A DNA stretch of 64,000 nt from Felis catus (Eukaryota), in the NCBI RefSeq assembly GCF_018350175.1, contig NC_058368.1, positions 25,174,001 to 25,238,000 of the forward strand. The letters run 5' to 3'. Of the stretch, positions 60,746-64,000 are shown in pieces. Below the pieces are notes generated by a model. It was not told where the DNA came from, did not search any database, and was given only the letters and a program-made list of their open reading frames with translations. The position numbers and the translations under genes were made by a program. The stretch's first letter is position 1; every line of letters starts with the position of its first letter.

Positions 60746-60953
60746 AATGTTTTTATTTATTTTTGAAGGAGAGAGAGAGACAGACAGAGCATGAACGGGG
60801 GAGGAACAGAGAGACAGGGAGACACAGAATCGGAAGCAGGCTCCAGGCTCTGAGCTGTCAGCACAGAGCCCGAGGCGGGGCTCGAACCCACAGACTGTGA
60901 GATCATGACCTGAGCCGAAGCCGGACGCTCAACGGACTGAGCCACCCAGGCGC
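60746..60953 (-). mobile_element. SINEC_Fc, antisense, in candidate 3' UTR
   Basis: TSD CTACCTGGGACATTTTA at 60729-60745 and 60954-60970. Confidence 0.96.
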
Positions 60954-60999
60954 CTACCTGGGACATTTTAGAAAGGGGCCAGGTTAATAACAATACCCA

Positions 61000-61220
61000 T
61001 GGCTACCATTTATTGGGGGTTTGCGACCCAGTAGGTTGACTATGTTGAATATAGTATCTCATTTCATCCCATAACAGCCTTATGAAATGGGTACCGTTAT
61101 TGCATCCATGAGAAATCTAAAGCTGAGAGAGTTAGGACCTTGTTTAAGGCCACACGGCTAGCAAATGGTAGAGCTGGGTCTGGAGCCCACGGGTCTTGCT
61201 CCCAAGTCCAGGCTGCTTCT
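61000..61220 (-). mobile_element. MIR
   Basis: ggctaccatttattg...tatctcatttcatcccataacagccttatgaaatggg...aaggccacacggctagcaaatggtagagctggg. Confidence 0.75.
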
Positions 61221-61356
61221 GATTAATAACAACTTGTGCTATTTCTAGGAATTCTCGGACCCAAGGGTCAGAAACTCTGAATGGCCGAGAGGCCTTTTAG
61301 TACTAATTGTGCCCTTTGATTTCTCCTTTTCCGCCTGCTTTTCCCAGCCCAAGACA

Positions 61357-61773
61357 GGCTGGTGTGCTAGAGCTGCTTTAGATACCAGTTGTTACACGTT
61401 TTAGGAATTCTGCGAGCTGATTAAGCACAGCCGTTACTAAAAATTAAATCGTCAACGTACAATTGGTTATATTAAAAACAAAAGTTAACAAATACTAAAA
61501 ACTCAGCACTTCCTAATTATTTCAGGACTCTATTATTTTCTGTGCTCTTTAGATATGTAGATGTATAGATTCTTGACATCTATCGTAACTGTATGGTGAA
61601 CACAGTACACGCTGACGGGCTACCAACCCCCCTTCAACCAAGTGACGTCACAGCCATAGCTTGAAATTGGCCGTGGTGGTAGTGTTTACACCACTGGCAA
61701 CTGTCAAGAGCTATAAGCCAGGACCTTTCCCCCTAGGAGAACTAGATGTTAAACGTTTACCAGCCCACCACTG
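61357..61773 (+). mobile_element. MER63B-like hAT-Blackjack non-autonomous DNA transposon, full length
   Basis: Inverted termini tggtgtgctag / cagcccaccactg and perfect 8-bp TSD CCAAGACA at 61349-61356 and 61774-61781; 8-bp TSDs are characteristic of hAT elements. Confidence 0.85.
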
Positions 61774-62192
61774 CCAAGACATCTCGGATGCACACAGCAT
61801 TGTGGAGGAGAGGGGACTTTGCAAGGAGAAGCAAAATCCTATTGGCCACACCGACAGAGACACAGGTTACGGTCAAGCTAGCCGAACAGCCAATTATTGG
61901 GAAAACACAAAATATTCTGTAGAAGGGAGTCCGGGGCTTCTAAGCAACTTCAAGCACATTCCCTGCCCTACCTACTCCAGACCTTGCACTATTGCTCTTG
62001 GTGCAGGAAGTCCTACCTGATGAATTTCATGGAAAAGTCACGGCTCCTCAGAACTAGCCTATTGGCCGCCCCAATCTGCAAAATGAAATCAAGCTCTAAG
62101 AGACTGGGATATCCTGTTGCTTGTTCTTACGGGTCATGTTTCTTATCTCTACCTGTGGACTAAAACCTCATCGAAAGCAATAGTTTACTTTG

Positions 62193-62194
<2 letters not shown>

Positions 62195-62236
<42 letters not shown>
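62195..62236. repeat. (AC)21 microsatellite
   Basis: Perfect run read directly. Confidence 0.97.
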
Positions 62237-62238
<2 letters not shown>

Positions 62239-63229
62239 AAATTAGTGATTGGAAATATCCCACATCTGAGATGGGCACCGTGAGCAGTGGTTTCAAACGT
62301 CACATAAAGTCTGTTACCATCAAAATAGGACCCTTGCACAGCATAGCGCAAAGCTGAGAGACAGAAAAGGTAACGAGTCAAGGGATACCACGTGAAGAAC
62401 AGAGAGCCCCCAGCACCTTACTTTCCTGCTCTGGCTGTTTCTCTCCACTGCATCCCAACAAAGGATCCTGTTCACAATCTACAGCCTACTCTAACCAATA
62501 CTCTTTCCAAATTAAAGGCATGGTTCCCGCTAGGATAAAAGTCACAGGGAACTCCAGGCTGAGTGTCTGGAAGCAGGCAGAATGTCAAGGTCAACAGGGA
62601 GTCAGTTACACTGATTCCAGTGATTTCGGCGTGAGGGATGGAAGAAATGAGGGTTGCTGCAGCTTCCACCTGGATCCAACTTCTGGTGGAAAGGGAAGGG
62701 ACTATGGACCAAACATCACAAAACTATGCTTCGATTAAAAGGTCAGCTACAAATAGCATCGAAAGTAGAGTCTCCCAATAGATTGCTAGGCTTTCAGATT
62801 ATTTGTTCTGAAGATCTGCTTCCAAGAACTAGTGAGTTCTCTGTTGTGCTCACCTGGAGAATGGCCAGCCAAGAAAAACCTCACTGAAAAGAGATCCAAG
62901 AGATCTGTTGTAGATAAGCATTGATTCTATATTCCTTCCCACATCAGGTTATCACATGGGTTATCTACATGGGTTAGAGTTTGTCTTTTCCAATACTGTA
63001 TGAAAATATTTTACCTTGAGTACTATACAATACACACTCCCCTCTCTTTTTTTTTTTAACCTTTTTTTAAGGCATTGAGATAAGAAAGAGAAATTGAGAA
63101 TCATTTTACTTATCCTGAATTGATGTATACATATACTTTTCTAGGCTTTCTTATGGTGTTAAAGACAGCAAGAAGCAAACGTAGAATGAACGTTACTTTA
63201 TCTCTACCCTGTCTCCCATGAAACGTGTC

Positions 63230-63325
63230 ATTAAATTGCATTTGATACTGTTTCCTTGATCCTTTGGAGTTGTTTTTTGTTGGTGGTGGTGGGTTTTTGT
63301 TTTGTTTTGTTTTTTTTTTTTTTCT
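63230..63325 (+). terminator. Candidate polyadenylation site: ATTAAA (63230-63235) plus downstream GU/U-rich element; alternative AATAAA at 63511-63516
   Basis: ATTAAA then ...gttgttttttgttggtggtggtgggtttttgttttgttttgttttttt about 30-90 nt downstream; TGTA motifs and AT-rich sequence upstream. Confidence 0.55.
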
Positions 63326-64000
63326 CCCCACAGGCTACTGTGCAACACGCGGGGACAGAAACGAAATGCTACAAGGGAAAGTAATTATCAGAAATTCACC
63401 AGCTGCCATATTTGACTTATGTTTCACTATCTCCCCCCCCCCCCCTTTTCATTTTTGCCTCGATTTTAAAGTCATAATTGGATGTAAGGAAGACAGCGCT
63501 ACTAGAGGTGAATAAAAGCCCTGGCAACAAAGTTGCCCCCAATGCTATTTCAATGTATGGGGCAGCCCTGAGGGGACCAAAGCCTCCCTCACTGGACTCC
63601 AAAGAAAGAGACAGGCTTTCACTCCCCTTCCCTTCCACCCAGGGCCCCTTCTCTTAGCTCTTCCCTCCTTCTGCCTGACAACAGCGTTCCTGAAATTTAC
63701 TTCTGGGCCTATCAGATCGGTTGTCAAGGGAGCCTTCATGGTTTGATTCTTTCATTTCAGGCCACTGTTAGTTACTCGCAAGATCAGGACTGAGCAAGAG
63801 TACTAATCCTATTGCCTGTCAATTCATGTTAACTTCTATCTTCTTCCCTACCTCCTTATTCCCAGAACCTGTTTCCTGCTCCCACATGGGCTTACAGACA
63901 CCGCCTTGATTGATCTAAGTGATCAAACTGACCCCGTGGCCAGCATGAATATTCACAAGCCAGGCCCCAATTCATCTCAGGCCACGTCCCCTCTTGGGAC

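Larger units (their letters stand above)
57445..63260 (+). other. SIAH3: Candidate long SIAH3 3' UTR (end approximate)
   Basis: I saw no AATAAA between the stop codon and 63511. ATTAAA at 63230 is followed by a strong GU/U-rich tract. Confidence 0.5.

Noticed and set aside
2294..60953. tRNA-like A/B-box heads and ~27 near-identical repeats suggesting tRNA genes or a CRISPR-like array
   Set aside because: tRNA-derived SINE heads, dispersed, irregularly spaced, on both strands; eukaryotic DNA with no cas genes.
2268..60993. Recurrent ORFs such as MAQSVKRPTSAQVMISRSVSSSPASGS... and ...RERGRHRIGSRLQALS... that look like a multi-copy small-protein family
   Set aside because: They are translations of SINEC_Fc copies, mostly from GTG/TTG starts; each has TSDs and an A tail.
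60720..61007. 14-bp direct repeat TACCCATGGCTACC at 60720 and 60994
   Set aside because: Overlaps a SINE TSD and a MIR edge; most likely a small local duplication or coincidence.
1..64000. A previously undescribed multi-gene system, NUMT, viral insert, rRNA or snRNA gene
   Set aside because: Nothing recognisable of these kinds; the content is explained by one known gene, common mammalian repeats and unique intronic DNA. A short or divergent ncRNA could be missed without covariance-model searches.

Overview
Mammalian genomic DNA from a felid (cat-like), judged from 27 tRNA-derived carnivore SINEs of the SINEC_Fc type and a carnivore L1. The only protein-coding sequence I can support is the terminal coding exon of SIAH3 (+ strand, 56776-57444): His-rich tract, one SIAH-type zinc finger and the SINA/SIAH substrate-binding domain, preceded by a clear branch point, pyrimidine tract and AG. 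Positions 1-56775 are most simply the long SIAH3 intron; I did not find the short first coding exon, which probably lies upstream of the window. About 57445-63260 is a candidate ~5.8-kb 3' UTR. The remainder is ordinary interspersed repeat (SINEC, L1, L2, MIR, MaLR/ERVL LTRs, hAT DNA transposons), microsatellites and a few repeat-free enhancer-like blocks. I found no evidence for a novel biological system. The most notable items are modest: the CNC-codon origin of the His tract, competing hairpins beside the branch point, nested or same-site retroposon insertions, a probable L1-associated deletion, closely spaced inverted repeats and enhancer-like motif clusters. Repeat family names and human SIAH comparisons come from my recall of consensus sequences, not from a database search; boundaries of old repeats are approximate.
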